A stretch of DNA of 62,256 nucleotides, counting the filler, from Chiloscyllium plagiosum (taxonomy: Eukaryota): assembly GCF_004010195.1 (NCBI RefSeq). It is 3 parts of one record of this genome, joined end to end, with 100 filler letters (N's around TTAATTAATTAA, not from the genome) between each part and the next. Parts side by side here need not be neighbours in the genome. Positions count along the whole stretch, not along the records: positions 47,097 to 62,256 come from NC_057714.1; 2 more parts are not named here. One strand, written 5' to 3'. Of the stretch, positions 49,530 to 61,812 are shown piece by piece (within the stretch, counting starts at the first letter, position 1; each line of letters starts with the position of its first letter). The notes under the pieces were generated by a model. That model worked only from the letters and a program-made list of their open reading frames with translations. It was not told the origin of the DNA and did no database searches. The translations under genes were made by a program, and so were the position numbers.

Positions 49530-51700
49530 TTTGTTTTATTCTTCAATTGGATGTGTGCATTGCTGGCTCGGCCAAAATGTATTGCCTTTTGCTCATTATC
49601 CATGAGCCGTGAGCCACCTTCTTGAACTACAGCAGTTCATGTGGAGTACGTAAACCTCAATGCTTTTAAGAATGGAGTTCCAGGACTCTTACCAAGCAAC
49701 AATGAAGGAATGGTGTTGTAGTTCTAAGTCAGGATGTTGAGTGACTTGTAAAGGATCTTGCAAGCAGATGGTGGTGATCCCATGTACCTGTTGTCCTAGT
49801 CCGTCTAAGTGATAGAGGATACAGATTTGGAAGATGCCTTTGAAGGAACCTTGGTAAATTTCTGCAGGGCAAATTTTAGATGGTACACACTGCTGCTACT
49901 GTGCATTGGTAGGGAATGGAGTGGATATTGAAGATATTAGCTGGGGTGCCAAACAAGCGGGCTTCTTTGTCCTGGAAGGTGTCAAGCATTTTGTGTTGTT
50001 AGTGCTGTGTTCATCCAGGCAAGAGAAGAATTTTGCATCCTGACTTGTGCTTACAATTGCAACATTTAAAAAGCATCTGGATGGGTTGTCAGGCTTTGGG
50101 AAGTCAAGAGGTGAGTTTGTAGCCCCTGATATGTTCTTGTAGCCACAGTATTTAGGTGAATCCAATTCAGTTTCTGATCAGGGTAATGCCCGGGATGTTG
50201 AAATTGGAAAATTTCAGTGATGATAATGCTATTGAATGTGAGAGGGAGAATAATAGACTCTCTCTTGATAGTGTTGGTCATTGCCTGGCACTTGTGTGAT
50301 GCTAGTGTTACTTGTGTTGTCCAGGTTTTATTACATATGGATATGGACTGCTTCGTATCTGAACAGTCATGAATAATGCTTACTGTACAATGTTATAATC
50401 CAGATACCAAAATAACATTCTGGGGAGTGGGGTTCAAATCCTGTCACAGCAGATAGAGTCATGGAGATGTACAGCACGCATGCAGACCCTTCGGTCCAAC
50501 TTGTCCATGCTGACCAGATATCCCAACCTAATCTAGTCCTATTTGCCAGCACTTGGCCCATATCCCGCTAAATCCTTCCTATTCATATACCCATCCAGAT
50601 GCCTTTTAAATGTTGCAATTGTACCAGCCTCCACCACTTCCTCTGGCAGCTCATTCCATACATGTACCACCCTCTGTGTGAAAAAGTTGCCCCTTAGGTC
50701 TCTTTTATATCTTTCCCCTCTCACCCTAAACCTTTGCCCTCTAGTTCTGGACTCCCCCCACCCCTGCGATAAGCCTTTTTCTATTTATCCTATCTGTGCT
50801 CCTCATGATTTTATAAACCTCTATGAGGTCCCCCCTCAGCCTTTGACAGTATGGGAAAACAGCCCCAGCCTATTCAGCCTCTCTACAGAGCTCAAATCAT
50901 CCAACCCTGGCAACATCCTTGTAAATTGATTCTGAACCCTTTCAAGTTTCACAACATCTTACTGATAGGAAGGAGACCAGAATTGCACACAGCATTCCAA
51001 AAGTGGTCTGGAATTTGAATTCTATAAATATCTAGAATTAAGAATCTGATGATGACCATGAATCCATTGTCGATTGTTGGAAAACCCATCAGGTTCACTA
51101 ATGTCCTTTAGGGAAGGAAACTGCAATTCTTACTTGCTCTGGACTACATGTGACTCCAGACCCACAACAAGGTGGCTGACTCTTAACTGCCCTCTGGGTA
51201 ATTAGAGATGGCCAATGAATCATGTTTAGCCAGCAACACCCTCTTCCTGCAAATGAATAAAGAGAAAAGCTATCAATTAACACTCTGTTCTTCTGACCTT
51301 ATGTTGGAAGGAAGTCATTGATAAAGGAGCTAAACATGGTTGGGTCTCGGACACTACACTGAGGAAATCCTGCAGTGATATCCTGGATTGTCATGATCAA
51401 CCCCGACTTCATTTGTGCTAATTATGACTCAAACCAGTGGAAAGTGTTCCCCCAGTATCTCACTAGCTGCAGTTTTGACAGCGTTCCTTGATGCCACACT
51501 TGATCAAAAGCTGCCTTGATGTTAAGAACAGTCATTCTTACTCCAGCCCTTGCACTCAACTCTGCTGTCTATGTTTGAGCCACAGCTGTAATGAGGTTAG
51601 GAGCCAAGTGGCCCTTGTGAAACTGAGCATCAGAGATTTCCAGCTTCCACAGTTCTTTGTTTTATATCAGCTAGCTGGCTTTTACTGAGCAAGTGCTGCT
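49530..51700 (-). mobile_element. CR1/L2-clade LINE remnant hosting a nested SINE (about 50370-51265, plus) that itself hosts a CR1 3' end (about 50453-51010, minus)
   Basis: Host words shared with 14140-14710; SINE head ggttcaaatcctgtcacagcagat resumes as ggaatttgaattc...aatgtcctttagggaaggaaactgc; inner CR1 ORF 50539..50724 FFTQRVVHVWNELP. Confidence 0.78.
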
Positions 51701-51716
51701 TGATAAGTGTGTCCAC

Positions 51717-52309
51717 TTGAGTGGGAGCAGCGGCCGAGTAAAGGCGAACCCGGGAGACTACAGCTAAGGTAAAACAGTTTGTTTCAAAATTACTTACCTG
51801 TAGCGGGCAGTGGTGTTTTTTATTCTCTCTTCACAAAAAGAGCGGGAGCAGCAGAGGAAGTGACGGCAAGCAGAGGGGCAGCCGGGAAGGAGAACTGTGA
51901 GTATAAATACTCACCCTTTAATCACCAACGGTCATTTGAGTGGGAGCAGCGGCCGAGTAAAGGCGAACCCGGGAGACTACAGCTAAGGTAAGACAGTTTG
52001 TTTCAAAATTACTTACCTGTAGCGGGCAACGGTGTTTTCTTTCTCTCTTCACAAAAAGAGCGGGAGCAGCAGAGGAAGTGACGGCAAGCAGAGGGGCAGC
52101 CGGGAAGGAGAACTGTGAGTATAAATACTCACCCTTTAATCACCAACGGTCATTCGAGTGGGAGCAGCGGCCGAGTAAAGGCGAACCCGGGAGACTACAG
52201 CCAAGGTAAGAGTTTTTTTCAAAATTACTTACCTGTAGCGGGCAGCGGTGTTTCTTATTCTCTCTTCACAAAAAGAGCGGGAGCAGCAGAGGAAGTGACG
52301 GCAAACAGA
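51717..52309 (+). repeat. CpG-rich tandem repeat, 218-219-bp unit, about 2.7 copies (LINE 5'UTR/promoter-like)
   Basis: Units start at 51717, 51936 and 52154 (ttgagtgggagcagcggccgagtaaaggcgaacccgggagactacag...); few differences between copies. Confidence 0.9.
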
Positions 52310-52594
52310 AGGGTCCAAAGATGTGCCATTTAGCTCACCACGTTGGACATCCCACTGATTTACACCCAGTTAAACTACTAAACAGGATCTACCTTTCCTT
52401 TCCTTTCCACTTTCAATGTAAGCAATTTGTCCTGGCACTGGGTTGTACTGCCACAAATACATTCAGTTGACGTCTCATCTGCTTCAGGGCAGGGAGTGCA
52501 CACTGGCTGTTTGACTGGATGCCGACTGTTGGCATGCACTTCTGAGCCAGGCTCATACTGTCCCCCAGGTCTCTGGAATGTGCAATCTGTCAAA

Positions 52595-52880
52595 CCAAGT
52601 TGGAGGGTTTGAACTACAGGGAGAAGCTGAATAGGCTGGAGCTATTTTCTCTGGAGCGTTGGAGGCTGAGGGTGGTGCGTGTATGGAATGAGCTGCCAGA
52701 GGAAGTGGTGGGGGCTGGTACAATTACAACTGGATGGGTACTAGATAGGAAGTGTTGAGAGGGTTAAGGGCAAAATGGTGGCAAATGGGACTAGAGTCAT
52801 TTAGGATATCTGGTCAGCATGGACGGGTTGGACCAAAGAGTCTGTTTCCGTGTTGTACAACTCTATGATTCTACAACTCT
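52595..52880 (+). mobile_element. CR1 3' fragment with internal deletions
   Basis: ggagaagctgaataggctgg...tggaatgagctgccagaggaagtgg...ctctatgattcta. Confidence 0.85.
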
Positions 52881-53474
52881 AAGTTAATCTTCGCAATATC
52901 CCCAAGTCTTCCTTCACAATGAATCCCACTCTGCCTGTTTGTGCTTCAAAAGTGATACTGTCTGAGTGCCACACGATGGTGAAGTGCAAGCAGTGGGTGA
53001 AACACATGGCTCTGTGTCAGATAGCTGTAGTTCCAAATGCCCCTCTGGAGACTGATCACCAGAAACCAGTTGGACGCAACATTAAAAGGGTGCTGCTGTT
53101 TCGGATAGAAATGCCATCTTTGCAGAGAGACATTTAACTGCTGTTCCGTTTGCTCTCCAGATGGTTTACATAACATCCCTTGGATCAGGAGCAGGAACAA
53201 GTCAATTGGCCCTTCAGAAAGGTCACGGTTGATCTGGTTGCTCAAGGTACTGCCTATCCTGGATAACCTCACTCCCGTTACTCATCAAGAGTAGAGTGCC
53301 TTCTGCCTTCAAAAGTATTTCAAGGCTCTGCTTTCACTGCCCTTTTGGGGAAAGAGACAGACAGCATTTGATATCATCTGCATTGTATGAGCCAGTATCA
53401 AATATCGCAAGATCAGAACAAATTGTCTTCTCATTTGTTTCACGGCTGGTTGTGGGATCTTTCTGTGCGTGAAT

Positions 53475-54090
53475 TAAGAACAAAGAACAATACAGCACAG
53501 GAACAGGCTCTGAGACCTTCTAAGCCTGCACTGACACATTTTGCCCTTCCATTCTAAAACTGTCTTCACTCATGGGATCCATTTCCCTATATCCCCTACC
53601 TATTCATGTACTGGTCTAGATGCTTCTTGAATGCTGCTATAGTGTGTGTTTCCACCATCTCCTCTGGCAGCCTGGTCCAGGCACTCACCCACCTTTGTGT
53701 GAAAAACATACCTCACACATCTGCTTTAAACTTATGCCCTCGCACACCTTGAACTCGTGTCCCCTAGCAATTGACCCTTCGACCTTGAGAAAAAGCCTCA
53801 TACTTTCCACTCTATCCATGCCATTCACAATCTTATAAAGTTTGACCAGGTCGCCCATCGGCTTCCTGCATTCCAGTGAAAACAAATCAACTCTATTCAA
53901 CCTTTCCTCACAGCTAAAATCCCCCATATCAGGCAACATCCTGGTAAACCTTTTCTGTTCCCTCCCCAAAGATTCACCCTTCTTCTGAGAATGTGGTGAC
54001 CAGAACTGTACGCAATATTCCCAGTGTGGCCTAATGAAAGTTCTGTAAAGCTGCAGCATAACCTGCCTATCCTTATACTCAATGAATAAA
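53475..54090 (-). mobile_element. CR1 3' fragment
   Basis: ORF 53685..54095 [22 protein letters not shown]...KRFTRMLP. Confidence 0.9.
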
Positions 54091-55185
54091 AACAAATCAC
54101 TTTAGAACCATTCTGGTAAATACAGTACATAGTTTGAAACAAATTGACATTTATAGCCTTTGATATGACAATTGTTGTGAGATTTGAAAATTCATTAATT
54201 GGCTATGGAGTATTTTGAGACGTCCTGAATTTACTGCTACACTTCCCAACACTACAATGTGACCGCACTTCTGAAGGACTGAATTGGCTGTCCAGAGCTC
54301 TGTATTGGTGAAACTTGGGGCAAAAATAGGCCATTCAGTCCTTCCAGCCTGTTCTTCCGTTTCACATAGTCATTGTGTGATAACTATGTGATCTGCTTGT
54401 ATTGCTCACAAGACAAAGCTTTCCACTGTGTCCCGGTACATGTGACAATAAATTCAATTCAATTCATTGTCTCTTAAACATAAAAATCCATCTCTTTCTT
54501 GAATATAATCAGCAACTTGGAATCCACAGCTTCTTGTGGTCACACACTTCACAGACTGACCAGCCTCTGCATGAAGAAATATTTCCTCATCTTAATCCTC
54601 AATGGCCTAACAACCTGTCCTCAGACTGTGTCCTCTGGTTTTAAACTCCCCAACCTGGGAAAATATCCTCCCTACAATCTAAACCCCAGAACAGTGAGCT
54701 GTCAGTCCTGTTCATGTTTCAGCCAAGTTTCTGTAAAAGCTCTGAAATCCCAATCCCATGTACTTAAACACACTCTGAGTTTATCAGCCTTATCTGGAAG
54801 ACCCCTTGCACTGAAATAAATGCAATTTCGTTCTTCAGAGTTACAATGTACCCTGATTCTCTCTTTTCTTTCTTTTCTAATTGGTGTGCTCTCTTCACAT
54901 TCAGAACCTTCCCCACCAACCTTTCTATTTACGCCATGACTTGTAATTCCTCCACTCTCCTCTCTATCTGTATAAAGTCTCTTTGGGTGGAACGAGCAAA
55001 GCTCCCTGCTAAGATATGGGTCCCTTTCCAGCTCGGGTAAGACCTATCCTCTTTGAACAGGTCTTTTCTGTCCCAGAGGAGACTCCAATGTGTGCAACTG
55101 GACTTGAAATCATACAGAACTGAGATTCCAGACAACATCTATGTTGATCTTAGCTGGGCAGTTGTAGGGGTGGCACAAGTTGAAG

Positions 55186-55404
55186 GAAAAATTGAGGACT
55201 GCAGATGCTGGAGATCAGAGTCAAAAAGTGTGGTGCTGGAAAGGTGTGGTACTGTGGTCAGGCAGCATCCGAGGAGCAGGAGAGTCGACGTTTCAAGCAT
55301 AAGCCTTTCATCACATTCACGGTGAAGAGCTTATGCTCAAAACATCGACTCTCCTGCTCCTCGGCTGCTGCCTGACTGGCTGTGCTTTTCCAGCACAACA
55401 CTAC
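55186..55404. mobile_element. Second non-coding PLE-terminus fold-back cassette with a TSD of about 15 bp
   Basis: Inverted arms around about 55315; TSD gtggcacaagttgaag (55170-55185) / gtggcacagttgaag (55405-55419); hammerhead cores decayed. Confidence 0.82.
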
Positions 55405-55924
55405 GTGGCACAGTTGAAGTCAACCTTCCTGAGGTAGAACAGGTAAGTGTTTGCACTTGATGCGGATAACTGGTCCCGTCTTGGAAACTGGTTTCTGCTG
55501 AGCACAGACGAGAGCATGATTTGAGGTGGGAACTTGACTGTCAGAAAAAGCTCCCAAGAAGCAGCTCCAAAGGAATTTTGAAGTCTGGCAGCACTGAGGG
55601 ACTTGCATCTCAGCAAGTGCCTTCAGCTTTGAGCCAAGGGGGAAGTGGGTGGAAGTGTGGACAAGCCCCTGATCTCTCCTCGTGATGCTCTCTTGGGTGC
55701 AAAGCTCACCACCTCTTCTTGAAAGTGGTCCCTTTGAAGACAGGTGCAGGCAGCAGCCGCTTGAGTTCCTCCTCTTCACCCCCCCCTCCATTAGCCCTCC
55801 CCACCATCACCAACGACATCTGCCAACACGGATGAGGTTGGAGACGATGTGGTTTTGCCAAGAGGCTCCTTCACCTCATCCCAACAACAGTCTACTCACT
55901 CTCACTGGATGTCATTTCTCTGCT

Positions 55925-56370
55925 TTGCAGAGAAGATTTACCAGGATGTTGCCTGGAATGGAGAGGAAGTCGTACGAGGATAGGTTGAGAGTTCTCGGTC
56001 TTTTCTCATTGGAACGGCGAAGGATGATGGGTGACTTGATAGAGGTTTATAAGATGATCAGAGGAATAGATAGAGTAGACAGTCAGAAACTTTTTCCCCG
56101 GGTACAACAGAGTGTTACAAGGGGACATAAATTTAAGGTGAAGGGTGGAAGGTATAGTGGAGATGTCAGGGGTGGGTTCTTTACCCAGAGAGTGGTGGGG
56201 GCATGGAATGCGCTGCCCGTGGGAGTGGTGGAGTCGGAATCATTGGCGACCTTTAAGCGGCATTTGGATAGGTACATGGATGGGTACTTAATCTAGGTTA
56301 GAAGTTCGGCACAACATTGTGGGCCGAAGGGCCTGTTCTGTGCTGTATTGTTCTATGTTCTATGTTCTAC
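55925..56370 (+). mobile_element. Young CR1 3' end
   Basis: [13 protein letters not shown]...[12 protein letters not shown]...TRGHKFK...FFTQRVVGAWNALP; (ttctatg)n tail. Confidence 0.92.
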
Positions 56371-56509
56371 TCCTTGTATCACTTGAAGGAAAAAGGAGAA
56401 TTGAAAAATAACTTCTGCCTTAGCTTTGAACATTAGAGAGCCACAGTAATATAAATTGATATTTGAAACTGTGGATATCTGAAACAATGCAACAGATGAA
56501 ATAAGATAT

Positions 56510-56845
56510 TGTACGACAGATGCAAAGAGGATATTCCTGATGGTGGGAGTGTCCAGAACCAGGGGTCACAGTCTGGTTCTGGACAGAGTTGAGGAGATAT
56601 TTCTTCACCCGAAGAGTGGTGAGCCTGTGGAATTCATTACCACAGGAAATAGTTAACGCCAAAACATTGAATGTATTGAAGAGGCGGCCAAATGTAGCAC
56701 TTGGGGCAAACAGGATAAAAGGTTATGGAGAGAAAGCAGGATTAGGCTATTGAGTTGGATGATCAGCCATGATCATGATGACTGGCAGAACAGACTCGAA
56801 GGGCCAAATGGTCTCCTCATGCTCCCATCTTCTTTGTTTCTATGA
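56510..56845 (+). mobile_element. CR1 3' end (second subfamily)
   Basis: gtccagaaccaggggtcacagtct...gagcctgtggaattcattacc...ggatgatcagccatgatc...gaagggccaaatgg. Confidence 0.85.
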
Positions 56846-58764
56846 CAGCGGTACCTAAGCTCATCATTGCTACACACTGCACTTCATTTGAAGAAGCTTT
56901 ACCTCAGAACAGAAAGAGAAGGTGTTTTGATGACTCCTAAAGAAGAGGAGACAGCTCACTACCATAAAGATAATCCACTGAAACACCTTTATAACAGCCA
57001 AATAGTACACCAGGCTCTCATAGATAAAAGTGTTCTCATAGCTGAGTGCCTGAGATATCCTTTTTGTCTAACAGCTGCACTATTCTCTATGTTACTTCAA
57101 TTACCATGTCTATTCAAGCTTTGATCTACTGGGATAAAATGAATCCAGATTTAATATTCTAGCACTTATGAGTTATACGCACTTAGAGGACTCCAAATTA
57201 CACACACCCTTTCTTGTGTGGCAAGGCATTATTTCTGCCTGTCACTTTTCAATGCTGGTGACTCTATCCCAGATATAAGGATTGGAGCTGTTTCAGAATT
57301 AGAAGCAGATGGCCTGTCAACCAGCCAATAAACTCTCGTAGCACAGTGCTGGCTTTAGGGTGGAGAAGGCCTTATCAAACCGAAGACAACTAAGCCTCAA
57401 AATAACAGGTAACGGGGCACATGGGAGATGTTAATTTGTTCCTTCCAGGAGTAATTACAATATTCCTTCACTTCTGACCTTATATAAGGCCCACAATTGA
57501 ATGCATGTTTACTCCAAATACAGGATTGCAGGGGAACAGTGTTAGATCTCTGAACCCAGTCATCCCTCAGCAACAGTTGCTGGGACATGGTTGAACATGT
57601 ATAAAGAACCACCTGTACCCCAGATTAATATTTCTGTTGCAAGGTCAATTGAGGGGAAAGTACCAACTCAGCAAGGTCAAGCTGCACTTCCACCCTCCTT
57701 GGCCACCAGACTAACTGTTTCTCAGTGTTTTACTGTAGTGTTTCCTCTTGTGAGGTTACACAAGATTTCCCTTCTAGGAGCTAATCTGATGTACTTTGGT
57801 GCCTCTAAAGTGAGAGGACAAAGTTAAATATCTGGTTTCTGGGTTTCAGAGGAAGAAAATACTCTTTTGTTTTACCTTTAAATATTATACCTACTTGTTC
57901 TCGGCCATGAGATGGATAAAGACCTGATCCTGGGTCAATAGATGTGAAACTAGAAAAGCACAGCAAGTTAGACAAGTATCCAAGGAACAGGAAAATCAAT
58001 GTTTTGGGCCAAAGTCCTCCGTCAGACCTGATCCTGCTGCGTTCAAATGCCTGGTGACAGGCTTCTGACTGGTTTCTGTCAGATACATTATCTGAGGAGT
58101 AAGTGGATAGGCTTGAAGTTTAGCCTCCTAAGAGACAGAAAGCATATATGTATCGATTCCAGCAATACCAATGCTGCTGTCATTTGCACGCCATGTGCAC
58201 GAATCTTTGTGGAAGCGGGTCGTTGGAAAGCATTCATATTTGGAAGGGTTGCATTAATCAGTCTCAATCCCATCCCACAGATAAAGATAGACAAAAACAC
58301 CGAACATGCATTAGTGCCTAAGATCTTCTCATCCTCATACACATCAGCATATCTGTACTATAAGAATTAATTCTTTTTCTCAGTGGGGCATCTGTAGGTG
58401 TTGTAAATGTATCCCACCAGTGAACTGCATTTGCCATTAGTTGCACAAATTGAGGCCATGCTGTTCTTCTTGACTGTGCCTGCTCTCTGCAAGAGCAGCT
58501 GAGCTTGTTCCACTCACTGGTGCTTAAATAAGTCTCTTTCGAACTTATCCACCTGACCCTAATATAGTGTATTCCAGGGGCTTAAGAAAGCTTTCACCCT
58601 GTAGTGATTGTAACAAAGTCAGCAGGTGGACCTCATGGAATATGAGTTCACTGATTGGGACTGTTAACCTGGTCCGATTAGGGAGCCCTGGCTGCCAGAA
58701 ACAACCAGGACTATCAGATGTGCTGTTCACTCAAGGAGCTGGCTCTGAAGTAGCTGGATTAGTT

Positions 58765-58905
58765 AGGTAAAAACAATGATTGGAAACCAGATGCTGGAAA
58801 CCAGATTCTGGATTAGTGGTGCTGGAAGAGCACAGCAGTTCAGGCAGCATCCAACGAGCATCGAAATCGACGTTTCGGGCAAAAGCCCTTCATCAGGAAT
58901 AAACT
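58765..58905 (-). mobile_element. Solo PLE family A terminus
   Basis: Near-identical to 41110-41245. Confidence 0.82.
58865..58900 (-). ncRNA. Minimal hammerhead motif, best-preserved family A copy
   Basis: Minus strand ATTC-CTGATGA-AGGGC-TTTT-GCCC-GAAA-CGTC-GATT. Confidence 0.68.
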
Positions 58906-60129
58906 CACCACGTGGAAATAAAGGGTGACTTGGTGATGGGATACTGGGATCTGTGAAGTTATTTTCACCCCCTTGTCGCCATTTTTTCCTTTTAAATCAG
59001 TGACCCCTAAGTTGTTGAACCTTCTCCCAATAGGGAGCAACTTTGCTCTTTATCCGCTCTGTCTAGACTCCTCATTTGAGCACTACTTTCAAATCTCCTT
59101 TCAATCTCCTCTTCAAAAATGAGAACATCCCCAATTCACTAGTCTGTTCACAGTCATCGGGCACCCACCCTGCAACCAAGGATGGTCAGGATCTGAAGCA
59201 ATTGTCAAGCTTAATTTAAGTACTCTCAGCCTCTCTAATACCTCCTGTTTCGCAAGTTTTAGCTTGTTAAGTGTCTGAGCAACTTCCTATTGCATTAAGA
59301 CTTTGACAACATTGGCTTTGTTCATAAGGACAGATGCAAAGCACAGGCCTTCAGCCTGTGTAGCAGAAGTCAATGATTCCCTCATGTTTCCGCACTGAGG
59401 ATATTATTTTGAGACAAATGGCAAACTCTGTTCAAAATTCAATGTTGCATAACTGCCAACAATTGAAATTCCATGCCATATGTGCCATCATCTTATGAAA
59501 AGCACACACAGTCAGCATTTTTTTCTGAGCCATCATATATGACTGTTATATGACTCCTAGAAATGAAGGACTAACTGAAGGCCTATCCCATGAAGCCATT
59601 ACTTCACTCTTTGCTTATATCCTCTTCAGCTTACTGCATCGGAGAGCAATTGAATGATTTATGAAAACGTTAACCTTGCCCCAGCAGAGAAATGTTGTGA
59701 TCCATTGCTGTCTGGATTATATGTTCAGCAAATTCCCTTACATAACTGTAGTCACCCATTACTTTCTGAACTCAATATGACCTGTGATGCTGGTCGTACT
59801 GTGTTCACTTTTCTCTTCCAGCCTAACATTATTTTGTTTTTCAACTGGATTATGACTGCCTGGATCACCAACTAAAATTTCCTTCAACCTTCTTGTAAAG
59901 TTTCTTCACGACGGTTGAGACTTTCAACTACACTATGTTGCTAATATTTACTTCAGTCCTTAAGTTTTCTGAGAGTGTCTTTGATTCCAACCCTCACATT
60001 GATCTGCAAAGCTACACAACGTCATCCTTTTTTCAATTAGAATATTTCCCTAGCTTTAGAGCCCACTTTTGAAATTATGCCATACAAATATTTCAAAAAG
60101 CTCAATGATCTGAGGAGGGCCAAATACTG

Positions 60130-60680
60130 CTGAACGTTGTGCAATCATCAGTGAGCATCCTCATTTCTGACCTTAAGATGGAGGCAAGGTAATTAATGAA
60201 GCTGCTGAAGATGGTTGGCTGGGGACACTGCCCTAAGGAACTCCTGCAGAGATGTATTGGAGCTGAGATGACTTAAAAATAACATAACTATCTTCCTTTG
60301 TGATCAGTATAACTCCAGCTAGTGGAGAGTTTATCCCTGATCCCCATTGACACCAGTTTTGCTTGACATCCTTGATGCCATAATCAGACAAATGCTTCCT
60401 TGATGTTAAGGGAATTTACTCTCAACTCATCTCGGGAGTTCAGCTCTTTTGTCCCTTTTTGGACTAAGCCTGTATTGAGGTTAGGAGCTGGGTGGCCCTG
60501 GTGGAAGCCAATCTGATATCAGTGAGCATGTTATTCTTTTGCTTTTGCCACTTAATATTGTTGTCAGTGGCCATTTCCATTACTTTGCTGATATTCAAAA
60601 GTAGACTGAAAGAGCAGTAATTGGTCAGGTTGAATTTGTCCTGCTTTTTATGGACTGGATATACCAGGGTAATTTTCTAC
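60130..60680 (-). mobile_element. CR1/L2-clade LINE RT remnant
   Basis: Shares words with 51290-51700 (aaggaactcctgcag, tgatgccac...gccttgatgttaag). Confidence 0.65.
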
Positions 60681-60893
60681 ACTCTCCTCAGAAAATTAGC
60701 CTCAAGCTCTGGAATACTAAATCTTACATGTGCCACTTCCACCCCGCCCCCACCCCCCTCCAGATTGATCATGTTAAGATGTAACCCATGTCAAGACAGC
60801 AGGAACTTGGTGGGTAAGTCAAGTCATTTAAGCCATTATGATTGCCCACCCATTGGGTTACTGTTCAACAGGCAGGATTAAAGTCAGGGCAAT

Positions 60894-61208
60894 AACGCCC
60901 TTCCCCCAAGTCCCTCCTCCCTACCTTTTATCATAGCCTGCTGGGCACACTTTCCAACGCCCCTACCCCAAAGTCCCTCCTCCCTACCTTTTATCATAGC
61001 CTGCTGGGCACATTTCCAATGCCCCTCCCCAAGTCCCTCCTCCCTACCTTTTATCTTAACCTGCCGGGCACACTTTCCTCATTCCTGAAGAAGGAGATTT
61101 GCCCGAAACGTCGATTCCCCTGCTCCTTGGATGCTGCCTGACCTGCTGTGCTTTTCCAGCAACACATTTTCAGCTCTGATCTCCAGCATCTGCAGTCCTC
61201 ACTTTTTC
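60894..61208 (+). mobile_element. PLE family A 3' terminus with three tandem 62-bp repeats and a hammerhead-like core
   Basis: Units 60894-60955, 60956-61017 and 61018-61078; CTGAAGA(61085-61091)...GAAA-CGTC(61105-61112) with a damaged stem II. Confidence 0.85.
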
Positions 61209-61489
61209 CAAATTGCAATTAATAGGCAACATGCATCTTGGAGTGGTCCTTACGAATATAACTATATAAATTAATGAAGCAAGAAAGAATAGGATAAAGT
61301 AAGTATTCGCCATTATTATGTGGGGAAGCGGGAAAGTTTCTTAATTTTGCCCTACTTCAAATATGTATTTAAATTCCTGGAACTTTAACAATGACCTCTT
61401 CAGTTTTTTAAGGACAGAATGTTTATAGGTCCTTTCCCCAAGCTGGGTTTCCCTTCCCATTATGTGCTATGCTGTCCTCCAAGAAAGCA

Positions 61490-61812
61490 ATCATAGAGTC
61501 ATAGAGATGTACAGCATGGAAACTGACCCTTCGATCCAACTCAACCATGCCAACCAGATATCCCAACCCAATCTAGTCCCATCTGCCAGCATCCAACCCA
61601 TATCCCTCCAAACCCTTCCTATTCATATACCCATCCAGATACCTTTTAAATGTTGCAGTTGTACCAGCCTCCACCACTTCCTCTGGCGGCTCATTGCATA
61701 CATGCACCAACCTCTGCATGAAAAAGTTGCCCCTTAGGTCTCTTTTATATCTTTCCCCTCTCACCCTAAACCTATGCCCTCGAGTTCTGGACTCCCCCAC
61801 CCCAAGGAAAAG
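61490..61812 (-). mobile_element. CR1 3' end
   Basis: ORF 61573..61866 SRTRGHRFRVRGERYKRDLRGNFF; (atagagtc)n tail. Confidence 0.9.

Noticed and set aside
51717..52309. CRISPR-like array
   Set aside because: Whole units repeat with no unique spacers, there are no cas genes, and the context is vertebrate.
55682..56296. 204-aa ORF as a domesticated LINE gene
   Set aside because: Low-complexity upstream frame running by chance into a truncated CR1 C-terminus; no RT core and no splice support.
56867..58370. Several 70-107 aa ORFs in non-repeat sequence of scaffold 3
   Set aside because: No recognisable domain, no consistent splice signals, and no match to the missing FAM171A1 or ABCB1 exons.
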